This document shows positions 9,586-19,716 of a stretch of 64,000 nucleotides of DNA, one piece after another (position 1 is the first letter of the stretch; each line of letters opens with the position of its first letter). A model generated the notes under the pieces. That model searched no databases. It was not told the DNA's origin and worked only from the letters and a program-made list of their open reading frames with translations. Both the position numbers and the translations under genes were made by a program. The stretch covers positions 544,001 through 608,000 of the forward strand of contig CAVXLD010000007.1 of the NCBI GenBank assembly GCA_963762565.1, in the 5' to 3' direction. Origin of the DNA: an uncultured Verrucomicrobiae bacterium. GTDB lineage: Bacteria; Verrucomicrobiota; Verrucomicrobiia; Chthoniobacterales; JAFAMB01.

Positions 9586-11652
9586 ATGAGTAAGACTTAT
9601 TCCTACAACACCTTTCTCTACGGCGTCGTCTACTACCCGGAACAATGGCCCGAAGAACGATGGGAGTCTGATCTCGCGCGCATAGCGGCGACTGGCATGA
9701 ATGTGGTTCGAATGGGGGAAGGGGCGTGGAGTGTTTGGGAGCCCGAAGAAGGGCGTTATCAATTCGAGATGTTCGATCGCGCTCTGGCCTTGTGCGAAAA
9801 GCATGACCTGAAGGCGATCATGGGCACACCGACTTACACGCCGCCGGCCTGGTTAACTGAACGTTATCCAGAAGTTCTACGAGCGAGTTTTGACGGAGAC
9901 CGTCTGGTGCATGGTTCCCGCCGGCATTATAACTATACGTCTCCGGTCTATCGGGCGAAATCAGAGGCGATCACCGAAGCGTTGGCCCGTCATTACCAGG
10001 ATCATCCGATGGTGATCGGTTGGCAGATTGATAACGAACTAAACTGTCACCTCGATGTCAGCTTTGCGGAGAGCGATCACCAAGCGTTCCGAGTTTGGTG
10101 CCGCGAACGGTATGGTACCCTTGAGGCTTTGAACCAGGCCTGGGGAACTGCGTTCTGGTCACAAACTTACACCGATTGGGATCAAATCTGGTTGCCTCGG
10201 AAAACAGTAACGTATCAGAACCCGAGCCTGCTCTTGGACTTTTACCGGTTCACTTCGGACATGACCATCCGGTTCGGCGCAAGACAATATCAGATCATCA
10301 AAGCGATCGCACCGCACCAGTTTATTACTCACAATGCGTTCCAGAGCATGACCAATGTCGACCTGCCCGCGTTCGTGCAGGAGGCGGTTGATTTTATCTC
10401 CTATGATTCCTATCCGGAATTCAAGGTGTGCGATCTCAGTTTATCAGCTGATTTTCGTGACCGGGCCGAGTCCAGGCTGCTCTCACGGATGCGAGGAGTG
10501 TCGACGAAATTCGTGGTGTTGGAACAGCAGTCGGGTCCGAGTGGCCAAATCGGTGGTGTGCTGAATGGCAATCCTGACTATCTGCATCCGACGCCGAAAC
10601 CCGGACAAATGCGTCTTTGGTGCTGGAACTCGATTGCCAACGGAGCCGACGGACTCCTGTTCTTTCGTTGGCGTTCACTACCGTATGGGTCGGAAGCGCA
10701 TTGGAACGGATTGCTCTATCACGATGAGCGGAATCAGTGGCGGTTAGAGGAAGCGAAACGGCTGGGTCAAGAGATCAAACAATTGGGCGCGACACTCAGG
10801 AGTACCCGGTGTGTTTCCCAAGCAGCGATCCTCTACGATTTCGATAACGAATCTCACGCTCGCATTGAGCGCATGACCGGAAAATATCGCGACAGCAATG
10901 AGTTGGCGGTCTATCAAGCACTCTCGGAACGGCATCTTTCAGTTGATGTCCGTGCGCTATCAGCCATTGAAACCGGGGCGGACCTGGCTGGATACAAGAT
11001 CGTTTTCTTCCCGCATGCCCATATTCTGACCGGTACCGATGTTAAACCTCTCCGGGAGTACGTTGAGGCTGGTGGCACGTTGGTGTTCGGCTGTTGGAGT
11101 GGTTATCGCAACCGTAATCACTGGTGTTACAATGCGGATGACAAATCTTTTTATGAAAGCTTAACCGGCGTTCGGGTAGCTGATTTCACTGTGGTGACTC
11201 CAGGGGAGACGTCGGCGCTTCGATTTGAACATTCCGGCGCTTCTGTCCCGGCGCCGATCTTTAACGAGATACTCGCTTTCGCCGCTGACGACGTCGGGAC
11301 GCTGGCGTCTTATGGGTCCGACTATTATGCCGGGCATCCTGGAGTCACCTTGCACCGGTTAGGCGCGGGTAGAGTGGTTTATTTCGGGACATTTTTTACA
11401 CCTCAGAATGCAGCGACTTTGTTGGACGCCTTAGAAATTCAAGATCCGCTAGCGGCAAAGGCGGGAATTCCATCCGCCATTCAGGCCATCCTTCGATCGA
11501 ACGGTGAGGAGCAGTTCTGCTTTCTACTGAATTTCACGAACAAGAACCAACCAGTCACGTTCAGAGAGGCGGCCTTTGACCTGCTTGAGGAGCAAAAGCT
11601 GAATGGTCGGATCGAGATCCCGCCATACGGTGTGCGGTTTGTGCGGTGGTGA
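9586..11652 (+). CDS. Beta-galactosidase, glycoside hydrolase family 42
   Basis: YYPEQW, WSVWEPEEG, GTPTYTPPAWL, WQIDNE (acid/base), LNQAWGTAFWSQ, LFFRWR. Confidence 0.95.
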   Translation: MSKTYSYNTFLYGVVYYPEQWPEERWESDLARIAATGMNVVRMGEGAWSVWEPEEGRYQFEMFDRALALCEKHDLKAIMGTPTYTPPAWLTERYPEVLRASFDGDRLVHGSRRHYNYTSPVYRAKSEAITEALARHYQDHPMVIGWQIDNELNCHLDVSFAESDHQAFRVWCRERYGTLEALNQAWGTAFWSQTYTDWDQIWLPRKTVTYQNPSLLLDFYRFTSDMTIRFGARQYQIIKAIAPHQFITHNAFQSMTNVDLPAFVQEAVDFISYDSYPEFKVCDLSLSADFRDRAESRLLSRMRGVSTKFVVLEQQSGPSGQIGGVLNGNPDYLHPTPKPGQMRLWCWNSIANGADGLLFFRWRSLPYGSEAHWNGLLYHDERNQWRLEEAKRLGQEIKQLGATLRSTRCVSQAAILYDFDNESHARIERMTGKYRDSNELAVYQALSERHLSVDVRALSAIETGADLAGYKIVFFPHAHILTGTDVKPLREYVEAGGTLVFGCWSGYRNRNHWCYNADDKSFYESLTGVRVADFTVVTPGETSALRFEHSGASVPAPIFNEILAFAADDVGTLASYGSDYYAGHPGVTLHRLGAGRVVYFGTFFTPQNAATLLDALEIQDPLAAKAGIPSAIQAILRSNGEEQFCFLLNFTNKNQPVTFREAAFDLLEEQKLNGRIEIPPYGVRFVRW

Positions 11653-11655
11653 GAA

Positions 11656-11780
11656 GGGAGGGCGCGCGTCCTCGCGCGCCGTCGAGACGTTGCCAGACCT
11701 GAGGACGTATCTAGGCCCTTTGGCGGCACAACACGCTGGGCTCCGCAAGACAGCGGATCGCAGGGACGCGATCCCTCCCC
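11656..11780. repeat. REP doublet (REPIN-like), GGGAGGGCGCGCGTCC/GGACGCGATCCCTCCC family
   Basis: Two inverted REP-like palindromes about 75 bp apart. Homologous inverted copy at 50135-50258. Confidence 0.75.
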
Positions 11781-11782
11781 GT

Positions 11783-12205
11783 TCACCCAACCTTCCCCCG
11801 CACCGCGTCATAATCGTACGTCGTCACTTCTAACCGGTTACCGTAAGGATCGCTGAAGTAGACGGAGAACGATTTTTCGTGATCGGCGATTTCGGAGCGA
11901 CGAACCGCGTCGGCTCCTTCGAGAGCATCTAATTGCTCGACCAATTTAACAAAATCATCCCCTCCAATTCTGAATGCGACTCGCCGAATGCCGATCGGGC
12001 GCGTCGCACCTTGAGGTTGCCCTTCAAATAGAGCGAGTTTGGTCTGACCACCGTCAGGCGAGATCATGAGTGGGCCGCGCTGAGGTTCGGCCCAGAACAC
12101 ATATTCCGGGCAAATCTCGAATCCTAATACGGTTTGATACCAACGGGCCGCTGTTTGGCGGTCTGGTACCTCGAGCTCGACGTGATCGATCTGCGTTACG
12201 CGCAT
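11783..12205 (-). CDS. VOC (glyoxalase/bleomycin-resistance) family protein
   Basis: [28 protein letters not shown]. Confidence 0.9.
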   Translation of the reverse strand: MRVTQIDHVELEVPDRQTAARWYQTVLGFEICPEYVFWAEPQRGPLMISPDGGQTKLALFEGQPQGATRPIGIRRVAFRIGGDDFVKLVEQLDALEGADAVRRSEIADHEKSFSVYFSDPYGNRLEVTTYDYDAVRGKVG

Positions 12206-12270
12206 TAGAGTTTGACCATAACCGATTTGGCGTCGTCTGTTTACCACCGCTTTTCAAAGATTTTATTTTC

Positions 12271-13041
12271 ATGAGTACGGATCGTTCTTGGAGCCTCGCT
12301 GGTAAATTCGCCGTGGTAACCGGTGGATCGAAAGGAATCGGTTTAGCCACGGTCTCAGAGTTGCTACAACATGGCGCCTCGGTGCTTTCCGTGGCCCGCG
12401 ATAGCCAAACCTTGGCGGCATCGGTTCAAGATTGGCAAAAGCAAGGGCTACCGGTGACGACGGTGGCGGCGGATGTAAGTACTCCTCAGGGGCGGTCACA
12501 CGTTCTGGCTGAGGCGGCAAAGTCCAAGCGCATCGATGTCCTTGTGGCCAACGTTGGTACTAACATCCGCAAAGGGTTCGAGGACTACACGACGGAAGAG
12601 GTTCTCCACATCTTAAACACGAATCTGATCTCTTCGATTGAACTGGTGCGGGACGCATTCCCTTTATTGAAAGCCGGGTCTGATCCTTCCGTGGTTCTGG
12701 TTGGCTCGATTGCCGGTCTCAACACCGTCCGCACCGGTATTCCCTACGGTGCATCCAAAGCGGCGCTCAACCAGGTGACCCGCGGACTAGCGGTAGAATG
12801 GGCCAAGCACAAGATCCGGGTGAACCTGGTGGCCCCGGGGTTTATTGCTACCCCTCTCACCGAGGCCCTGTTGGGGAACGAAGAATTCATGGCCTATATC
12901 CGGACTCGGATCCCGATGGAACGTCCCGGACAGGCCGGAGAAGTAGCCACGCTGATCGCCTTTCTGACGATGCCAGCCTCCAGCTATGTCACCGGCCAAA
13001 TCTTCGTCGTCGACGGCGGCGCGTCGTCCAACCTGATCTAG
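12271..13041 (+). CDS. SDR oxidoreductase, tropinone-reductase-like
   Basis: [21 protein letters not shown] catalytic motif. Start ATG 12271. Confidence 0.92.
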   Translation: MSTDRSWSLAGKFAVVTGGSKGIGLATVSELLQHGASVLSVARDSQTLAASVQDWQKQGLPVTTVAADVSTPQGRSHVLAEAAKSKRIDVLVANVGTNIRKGFEDYTTEEVLHILNTNLISSIELVRDAFPLLKAGSDPSVVLVGSIAGLNTVRTGIPYGASKAALNQVTRGLAVEWAKHKIRVNLVAPGFIATPLTEALLGNEEFMAYIRTRIPMERPGQAGEVATLIAFLTMPASSYVTGQIFVVDGGASSNLI

Positions 13042-13055
13042 CGACCTCGCTAGAC

Positions 13056-13147
13056 CAAATGACAGATGAGAGGATGACAAATGACAGATTGACGCCAACC
13101 AGCGTCGAACGCAGTCACCCTCTATTTGTCATCTGTCATTTGTCATT
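13056..13147. repeat. Heptamer tandem inverted repeat (ATGACAR vs YTGTCAT)
   Basis: Arms 13056-13088 and 13124-13147 between convergent genes. Same unit at 13626-13959 and 39660-39767. Confidence 0.85.
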
Positions 13148-13148
13148 C

Positions 13149-13619
13149 TTACGCCGCCACCTTAATCGACGGAACCACTTCCACCGGAAAGTTCACAGAG
13201 TTGGCAATAAAGCACAGCGCGTGAGCCCGTTCGTGTAACTCATGCGCGGCCTTCAACCCGGCCTCCGAAGTAATCACGATCTCGGGATGCAACACGACCT
13301 TCGTAAATCTGCCGGCGCCGTTGGCGGTTATTTCCATTTCTCCTTCCGCCGCATCGGAGTAATGGGTGCAGATAATTTTCTGCTCCGAGCAGAGATGCAG
13401 GTACCAAAGCATGTGGCACGCAGATAACGACGCCACGAGCAGATCTTCCGGGTTATAACGGGCAGGATCACCCCGGAATTTCGGGTCAGACGATCCGGCT
13501 AGAACCGGCTTTTGAGGAATTCGGACGTCATAAGAACGTTCGTAGTCGCGATAACTGGAGGTTCCTTTGCCGGTGTTGCCAGTCCAGACGGTGGTCAATG
13601 AGTAATGATGGGAGGGCAT
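13149..13619 (-). CDS. OsmC-family protein
   Basis: NPEDLLVASLSACHMLWYL and AHALCFIANSV (two-cysteine OsmC motif). Confidence 0.93.
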   Translation of the reverse strand: MPSHHYSLTTVWTGNTGKGTSSYRDYERSYDVRIPQKPVLAGSSDPKFRGDPARYNPEDLLVASLSACHMLWYLHLCSEQKIICTHYSDAAEGEMEITANGAGRFTKVVLHPEIVITSEAGLKAAHELHERAHALCFIANSVNFPVEVVPSIKVAA

Positions 13620-13689
13620 GGGAGCAATTACAGATGACAAATGGCAGATGACAAATGACAAATTGGTGGGGCAAAGCCGCGGGCGTCCG

Positions 13690-13898
13690 TGGAGGGGAGC
13701 CGCTTTGTCGCTCGGCAGCTCTGTAGCTCGTTCAACAAGCGGCTCCCGGAAATGATCCAGCGTGATGTTTTGCCCATCGCGTCTACTCCGGGAGCATGGA
13801 AATACGACTCGATAGAAATCCGACGCGCTGGCTCGTTCCCGGGAGCCGCTTGTTAAAAGGCGGATAGACCTGCCTCCCTACAAAGCAGCTCCCCTCCA
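13690..13898. repeat. Four-box palindromic element (family A, short type), nested in ATGACAR arms 13626-13959
   Basis: TGGAGGGGAGCCGCTTTG-N26-AACAAGCGGCTCCCGGAAA...TTCCCGGGAGCCGCTTGTT-N26-CAAAGCAGCTCCCCTCCA. Confidence 0.85.
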
Positions 13899-13947
13899 GT
13901 CGCACGGTGCTTTCGGGAACATCCGCCAATCTGTCATCTGTCATTTG

Positions 13948-14367
13948 TCATCTGTCATCGTCTCTGCCGCTGCCAGGCGGCAGCGAGAGCGACAACCGCC
14001 AACTAATCCGCCAAGCCCCATCCTGCTTTGACAGCGCCAGCCAATCGCGGCCTTCATCATGCACGTTACTGCCGTGGATCTCGTAATCGATCTGCCATCC
14101 GTAGGTTGCCATAACAAATCCGGCGAATGGTATGATGTCGGGTTCCTCCTCTTTATAGCCAAGTACTTTGGCGATTCCCATGAAGTCGCGATAGCTTTGA
14201 ATGCAGGCTTCTCTACCCTCGAGCAGGCGATCACCTTTTGAGTCTTGGAACACCACGCCTGCCGCAAACAGAGGTTCCAGCTGGTCGAACTGCCTTTGTT
14301 GCCAAGCCAGGCTTAGCGATTTGGTCACACCAGTAATCTGGTCAGGATCCGCAAGTTCATTTCCCAT
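13948..14367 (-). CDS. NTF2-like/DUF4440 family protein
   Basis: About 140 aa SnoaL-like pattern (LEGREACIQSY, GRDWLALSKQDGAWRISWR). Start chosen outside the adjacent MITE. Confidence 0.75.
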   Translation of the reverse strand: MGNELADPDQITGVTKSLSLAWQQRQFDQLEPLFAAGVVFQDSKGDRLLEGREACIQSYRDFMGIAKVLGYKEEEPDIIPFAGFVMATYGWQIDYEIHGSNVHDEGRDWLALSKQDGAWRISWRLSLSLPPGSGRDDDR

Positions 14368-14371
14368 CACG

Positions 14372-14650
14372 TTAGTGTCCTGTCCCATAAGTAACATGGC
14401 TTTCGCCGTCGGCCAGGTGGCTGTTTTTCAAGGCGCGAGCGAAGTGCCCATATTTGATTCATACGGGTCGAGCGAGCAACGCGGAAAAACAGCCACCTGG
14501 CCACGGCCCGGAGGGTTGCGATGAAAATGAGCCGGCGGCTGCGTTGCTCGTCGGTTACGTATCAATCTAGATATGCGCCCTCCTCGCGTCTTGCCGGCGG
14601 CCCATTTTGATCGCAACGAAAGCCATGCTATTTATGGGACAGGACACCAA
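14372..14650. mobile_element. MITE-like element with ~34-bp terminal inverted repeats and internal hairpins
   Basis: TTAGTGTCCTGTCCCATAAGTAACATGGCTTTCG vs CGAAAGCCATGCTATTTATGGGACAGGACACCAA (31/34). Solo end at 21231-21253. Confidence 0.75.
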
Positions 14651-14757
14651 TTTCTGCTGATAAAACTGGTTCAATCCTAGCAGAAAAGGATTACTATACC
14701 CACACTGGACTGCCAACCAGCGGTCCATCTGGTCGGTGACCCTGTTATCGCGTTACT

Positions 14758-15471
14758 ATGTCCCACTCGGTGGAATCCCATCTACGCCTAGACATCGCGG
14801 AATACGACCAGCTGATCCGTCGATTCATTCCCGACTACGACGAAATGTTGGGCGAATTGGCGAACTACTTAGCCTTTTATCTGGTCGATAGAGAGCGGCC
14901 TCACGTGTTGGATCTTGGCACCGGTACTGGGTCCTTGGCGGCTTTGGTTCTAAAGCGGATCCCGAACTCAACTGTGATCGGTATCGATTCAGATCCGGCC
15001 ATGATCGTGGAAGCACGTGAACGGCTAGCAGATTTATTACCAAGAGTTACCCATCTTCTCGGGGACTTTTTTGGCCCGTTACCGCATGGTTCTGATGCGT
15101 GCACGGCCTCGTTGGCATTACACCATGTTCGCGAGCTAACCGAAAAACGGCGTCTTTACCGCAAGATTCTGGGTGCGTTGACACCCCACGGAATTTTCAT
15201 TAACGCTGATGCGATGTTTGCTGAAAACAGCCCGCTAGAGCAATGGATGCGGTCGGCTTGGTCTAAACACATTATTACTAGCGGTTTTAGTAAAACCGAA
15301 GTGGCGTCGCACTTTGAGCAATGGTCAACCGAAGACCGATATTTCGAGGTGCAAACCGAGCTACACCTGTTGCACGAGGCGGGCTTTTCTAACCTCGAAG
15401 TGGTCTGGCGCCGAGGCCCCATGGCGGTGATCGCAGCCCATAAGGGGGGTGAGGCGAGAGGTGAGAAGTGA
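14758..15471 (+). CDS. Class I SAM-dependent methyltransferase
   Basis: VLDLGTGTG motif I, GIDSD, SLALHH. Confidence 0.92.
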   Translation: MSHSVESHLRLDIAEYDQLIRRFIPDYDEMLGELANYLAFYLVDRERPHVLDLGTGTGSLAALVLKRIPNSTVIGIDSDPAMIVEARERLADLLPRVTHLLGDFFGPLPHGSDACTASLALHHVRELTEKRRLYRKILGALTPHGIFINADAMFAENSPLEQWMRSAWSKHIITSGFSKTEVASHFEQWSTEDRYFEVQTELHLLHEAGFSNLEVVWRRGPMAVIAAHKGGEARGEK

Positions 15472-15540
15472 TTGGTGAGAGGTGAGAGGACCGCGCGGGA
15501 CAGGCGGAAGGCGACCCGGAAGGGTGTGCGCAACGGCTAA

Positions 15541-15621
15541 CACGGATGGGACCTATGGGACTTATAGGACTTATGTGACCGTGACCCATAGGTCCCATTG
15601 GTCTCATAAGTCCCATCCGTG
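15541..15621. repeat. Nonamer-period inverted repeat (GGGACCTAT/GGACTTATA family)
   Basis: CACGGATGGGACCTATGGGACTTATAGGAC ... GTCCCATCCGTG. Other copies at 36393-36474, 53534-53633 and 60563-60853. Confidence 0.85.
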
Positions 15622-15789
15622 CCAGGGTCTTACGCGCGCCCGTCCGCCAGGCTTCCCCCTCACTCAGCGGCTTCCGCCTCGCCGCCCGCATCCCCCTCGC
15701 TTATCCCACGTTGTCAAGGGTGGATCTGGCGGCAAAGTGCTTCTTGCTTGCTTTCACTAACTTGTATTTGCTAATAGGCAGGCTCCTTA

Positions 15790-16806
15790 ATGATAAAGCT
15801 CCTGGAACCCCGACCTCTCCGCGGAGAAGCGGACCTGCTAGAGGAAGGTGTCTCGCAGCGAAGAGACCGTGGTTTGGCATCGCTACGGTTCCGACAAGTT
15901 TCTCCTCCAACAGACGAAACATTCGTCAGCCGGTTAGCTCTGCGGCGGCTACAAACCCATCTATTATCCGATCACTTCCTCGGGGCAGTAATGGGAGCGG
16001 CTAGAAGCCCGAACGGTGACAAATGGGCTGCGTCCTCTCGACAACGGCTTTTCCGGCAGAACGTGGAGGGACTCCGGCGGGATCTCCAGGACCTGGTCGT
16101 TGAGACGGTTACAGATGAGCGGCATGACCTTTCGATTTTCCAAGTAGAGGGATCCCGGTTGTGGGCAGGTAAGGAGCGGTATCCTTCTTTGCGTGCTTAC
16201 GCCGTCGATAAACTCGCGGAGAAGTCGTTTGTTCAGGCCAGTTCCGGACGGGACATACCTGAGCTCTTTGAGCGGGCGATGCTAGGGGCGACGGAAGCAC
16301 TCTTCGACGAAAGCCTTTTGCCAAAAGTAACACGTCGCAGCTGGGATGAGACTTATTGGTGGACAGACTCGATCCATTGGCCGGCCTTGGGTTCTCTTCT
16401 CCGGCTCTGTCTCGATCGAAGTATCGACCTGCATTTTCGAGCGCAGTTGGTGATCGTCGATCTCAATGCAGCGGCGCTGACCAGGCTGTCGAACAATTGG
16501 AAATCAATTCTTTGCACAAAATCGGTCTGGGGAGCGATCGATCATGTCGCTCGCACCATGGAGATACCGTACTTCCATATTGCCATTCCGGTGGAACCGA
16601 GCGGTGAGATGCGCAGTTTTTCAGTCGATATCGTCGAGTTGCGCGACCAAAATTGTACCGTCGAAGATCATCTGGTCTGTCTGCCGGCAGGTCATCCTCA
16701 GTCAGAATCTCTTGCTGCTGAAGTCTTACTGCGTTCGGACGCTGTCGATGTAGTGTCCAACCTCCCTCAATTGATCGAACGTCTGCCCAGCGAACTTCTT
16801 TTGTGA
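15790..16806 (+). CDS. Hypothetical protein (338 aa)
   Basis: Long ATG ORF with protein-like composition filling the gap between repeat blocks. No confident family. Confidence 0.75.
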   Translation: MIKLLEPRPLRGEADLLEEGVSQRRDRGLASLRFRQVSPPTDETFVSRLALRRLQTHLLSDHFLGAVMGAARSPNGDKWAASSRQRLFRQNVEGLRRDLQDLVVETVTDERHDLSIFQVEGSRLWAGKERYPSLRAYAVDKLAEKSFVQASSGRDIPELFERAMLGATEALFDESLLPKVTRRSWDETYWWTDSIHWPALGSLLRLCLDRSIDLHFRAQLVIVDLNAAALTRLSNNWKSILCTKSVWGAIDHVARTMEIPYFHIAIPVEPSGEMRSFSVDIVELRDQNCTVEDHLVCLPAGHPQSESLAAEVLLRSDAVDVVSNLPQLIERLPSELLL

Positions 16807-17183
16807 GAAGTGAGAAGTGATTGGTGAGAAGTGAGAGGTAGGTGGGCGTCGCCCGCTGACACGACACCCAATTCGAACTCGTCGCAGTACTCCATCACTC
16901 CGCGTGGCCGGATTCGAGAACAGCCTGTCCGCCGTAGCCCACGGTCTACGTTGCCAACCGCTCGAAGTCGGCCTCGCAAGCGAGGCGCGCTCCACAACCA
17001 AGGAGTCGGCGAAGGCGGAAGGACGACGACGAGGACGAGAACGAAGCCCCTGCCATACGCGGAGGAATGCTACACCTTCATCGGGCTTTATGCGCGAAGC
17101 GGATCCCCGTATTTTGACCCACGGCGTGAATCTGCCGACTGACGGGGCCTCTCACGTCTCACGTCTCACCTCTCACTTCTCAC
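16803..17183. repeat. Heptamer tandem inverted repeat (GTGAGAR/GTGAGAC vs TCTCAC) enclosing REP and hexamer units
   Basis: Arms 16803-16838 and 17149-17183. Internal REP at 16968-16995 and GACGAG units at 17021-17043. Confidence 0.8.
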
Positions 17184-17309
17184 ATCTTTGCAGTAGTGTT
17201 ATTTCCTTGTTGATTTTTGCGACCTAGCACATAGCCTCGCCATAGTTCCCCCGTCGCTGGCAATCGTCAGCAACCAATCAACCGGTCCCGGGTCGGAAAA
17301 ATCGCGATT

Positions 17310-18395
17310 ATGAATTCAGAAAACGATCACTCTCAAGACCTGCGTATCCCACGCAGGACATTTATTCGCCGCGCTGCGGCGTTGACAGGTGCAACCGCGG
17401 TGTTGGGTGCGATACCGCGTAAGGCATTCGCTGCCGATAGCAAACCGACGTTGGTCAATTCCATCCGATCGCTGTCCAATCCTTATCACGCCACCTGGAA
17501 CCAGGGCGGAGCCGATTTCGCCAAATCGGTAGGTTGCGAATACGTCACCTTGGTCACGGAAGGCAATAGCGAGAAGGGAATCGCGGATGTCCGCGCCATC
17601 GTGGCGAAGACCGGCGGCAACATGGTGCTGAACGTCGATCCGAATGACTCGCCAGATGCGCGCGCGATCGTCGAGGCGTGCGTTAACGCTAAGGCCCATG
17701 TGGTGACCCAGTGGAACAAGCCGGACGATCTCCATCCTCAGGATTTCAATCCCTATTATGTGAGCCACATCATCTTTAACGGCGTGACTTATGGCCAGCA
17801 GACGGCCGAAGCGTTGTTCAAGGCGTTCGGCGGTTCGGGCGGGATCGTTGGCCTGGGTGGAATTCTTTCAAATACGCCGGCGATTCAACGCAAACAGGGC
17901 TTGGAAAAGGCGCTGGCCGCCAATCCTAACGTTAAGTTGCTGGATTTCCAGGTCGCAAACTGGAAAGCGTCAGAGGCATTCACCACTACCGGGACTTGGT
18001 TGACCCGCTTTGGTAAAGATATCAAAGGAATCTGGTGCGCCAACGACGACATGGCCAGCGGCGCTCTGGAAGCGTTGCGCGCTGAAGGACTAGCCGGGAA
18101 AATCCCGGTATGCGGCACCGACGGTATCAAACTGGCCGTTGAAGCCGTTAAGAGCGGTGACATGGCGGCGACGGCTTCCTGGAATCCCTATTGGCAAGGC
18201 GGTATGGGGCTCTCCATCGGTTATGCTGCGCGGTTGGGCAAATTCGATGTGGCGTCGCAACCCCAGAATCACCGGGACTATAACGCAAAAGGAATTCTGG
18301 TTACCAAAGACAACGTGGACGATTTCATAAAGAACTACATTCAATCCACGCCGAAGGTCGACTGGAACGACTACTGGGGTAATATAGCGAGCTAG
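17310..18395 (+). CDS. Sugar ABC transporter substrate-binding protein (CUT2, Tat signal)
   Basis: PRRTFIRR twin-arginine leader, SLSNPYH, ANDDMA, GTDG. Confidence 0.92.
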   Translation: MNSENDHSQDLRIPRRTFIRRAAALTGATAVLGAIPRKAFAADSKPTLVNSIRSLSNPYHATWNQGGADFAKSVGCEYVTLVTEGNSEKGIADVRAIVAKTGGNMVLNVDPNDSPDARAIVEACVNAKAHVVTQWNKPDDLHPQDFNPYYVSHIIFNGVTYGQQTAEALFKAFGGSGGIVGLGGILSNTPAIQRKQGLEKALAANPNVKLLDFQVANWKASEAFTTTGTWLTRFGKDIKGIWCANDDMASGALEALRAEGLAGKIPVCGTDGIKLAVEAVKSGDMAATASWNPYWQGGMGLSIGYAARLGKFDVASQPQNHRDYNAKGILVTKDNVDDFIKNYIQSTPKVDWNDYWGNIAS

Positions 18396-18403
18396 GAAGC
18401 GCG

Positions 18404-18615
18404 CTGGAGGGGAGCCGCTTTGTAGGTTGGCAGCTCTATCAGCTGTTTAACAAGCGGCTCCCGGGAACGTCCCAGCGGTTGGAATTCATCCCTGGTGCGA
18501 AGTTGACGGAATCATGCAAGGGCGACCCATAGAACAAACACGTCCTGGGTGGATCCCGGGAGCCGCCTGCAGCCAACTTACAGATCTGCTAACCTACAAA
18601 GCGGCTCCCCTCCAG
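18404..18615. repeat. Four-box palindromic element (family A, short type)
   Basis: CTGGAGGGGAGCCGCTTTG...CAAAGCGGCTCCCCTCCAG with inner boxes. Lies between SBP and permease. Confidence 0.88.
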
Positions 18616-18674
18616 GCGATGGGCCGAGCATGCCGCCGCGCCCTTTCCAGCACGAGGAGATCTAAGGACGCCCC

Positions 18675-19712
18675 ATGGAAGTAAATAATCCCCCGGCGCC
18701 AACCATCCCTGAACATGGGCAAGCCAACGCTGGATCCACGAAAAAACCGGCTCTTTCCCGGAAGTCGCTCGAGCGCATCAAGTCTTTAGCTCCGCTCGCC
18801 GCCCTCCTGGTTCTCTCCCTGTTGATCGGTAGCCAGAATCCGCGTTTTTTTGATTTCTTCAATTTTGTCCGGATCGCGAACTCGGCTGCAATCCCACTAG
18901 TTCTGGCCCTCGGAGCCACATTCGTGATCCTCCTGGGAAGTGTCGATCTCTCAGTCGAAGGTGTGCTCGCCCTGGGAGCCGTCGTGGTCGCCATTTTTGT
19001 TCAGAACGACATGAACCAAAATTCTTTTGGTTGGCTCGCTCCGCTGTTTTCGATTATAGCGGGCGCGGCAATCGGTTTTCTGAACGGGTTGATCCATGTA
19101 AAGGCCCGGATCCCTTCTTTTATGGTGACCCTCGGAAGCTGGTTCGTCGGCGTTGGCTTAGCGACGCTGATCTTGGGAGGCACCAATGCTCGGATTCTTG
19201 ATCCCGGGATTCGCGCCTTGGCGTTGAGCCGGTTCCTCAATTTTCCGCTGGCGGTCTGGGTTTCCATCGGCGTGCTGGCGGTAGCTTGGCTGATCGAGCG
19301 GTTCACCACCTTCGGGAGGCATGTCTTTGCCATCGGAGGAGGCGAGGACCTCGCGGCCCTGTCCGGTATCCACGTCGAGCGCGTTAAGGTGATGGTTTTC
19401 ACTTTAGCCGGCGCGTTGTACGGAATCGGAGGTGTCCTGGCGGCGGCTCAACTCGGTCAAGGCAATGCGACGATCGGCGACGGCCGCCTGTTTTCGACGA
19501 TTACCGCGGTTGTGGTGGGAGGGACTTCACTGAGCGGTGGCTCGGGCGGAGTCCTCAACACCCTCGTGGGCGTCTTGATCATTGCGGTTTTAGGGAACGG
19601 AATGGTGTTGCTCGGTATTTCTCCGGACGTTCAGCAGGCCGTGCAGGGTGTCATCATCATCATCGCAGTAGCGGCTTCCATTGATCGCCAGCGGATGAAA
19701 TTTGTGAAGTAA
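18675..19712 (+). CDS. Sugar ABC transporter permease (RbsC-like)
   Basis: GSVDLSV, IPSFMVTLG, AVVVGGTSLSGGSG. Confidence 0.93.
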   Translation: MEVNNPPAPTIPEHGQANAGSTKKPALSRKSLERIKSLAPLAALLVLSLLIGSQNPRFFDFFNFVRIANSAAIPLVLALGATFVILLGSVDLSVEGVLALGAVVVAIFVQNDMNQNSFGWLAPLFSIIAGAAIGFLNGLIHVKARIPSFMVTLGSWFVGVGLATLILGGTNARILDPGIRALALSRFLNFPLAVWVSIGVLAVAWLIERFTTFGRHVFAIGGGEDLAALSGIHVERVKVMVFTLAGALYGIGGVLAAAQLGQGNATIGDGRLFSTITAVVVGGTSLSGGSGGVLNTLVGVLIIAVLGNGMVLLGISPDVQQAVQGVIIIIAVAASIDRQRMKFVK

Positions 19713-19716
19713 AACG

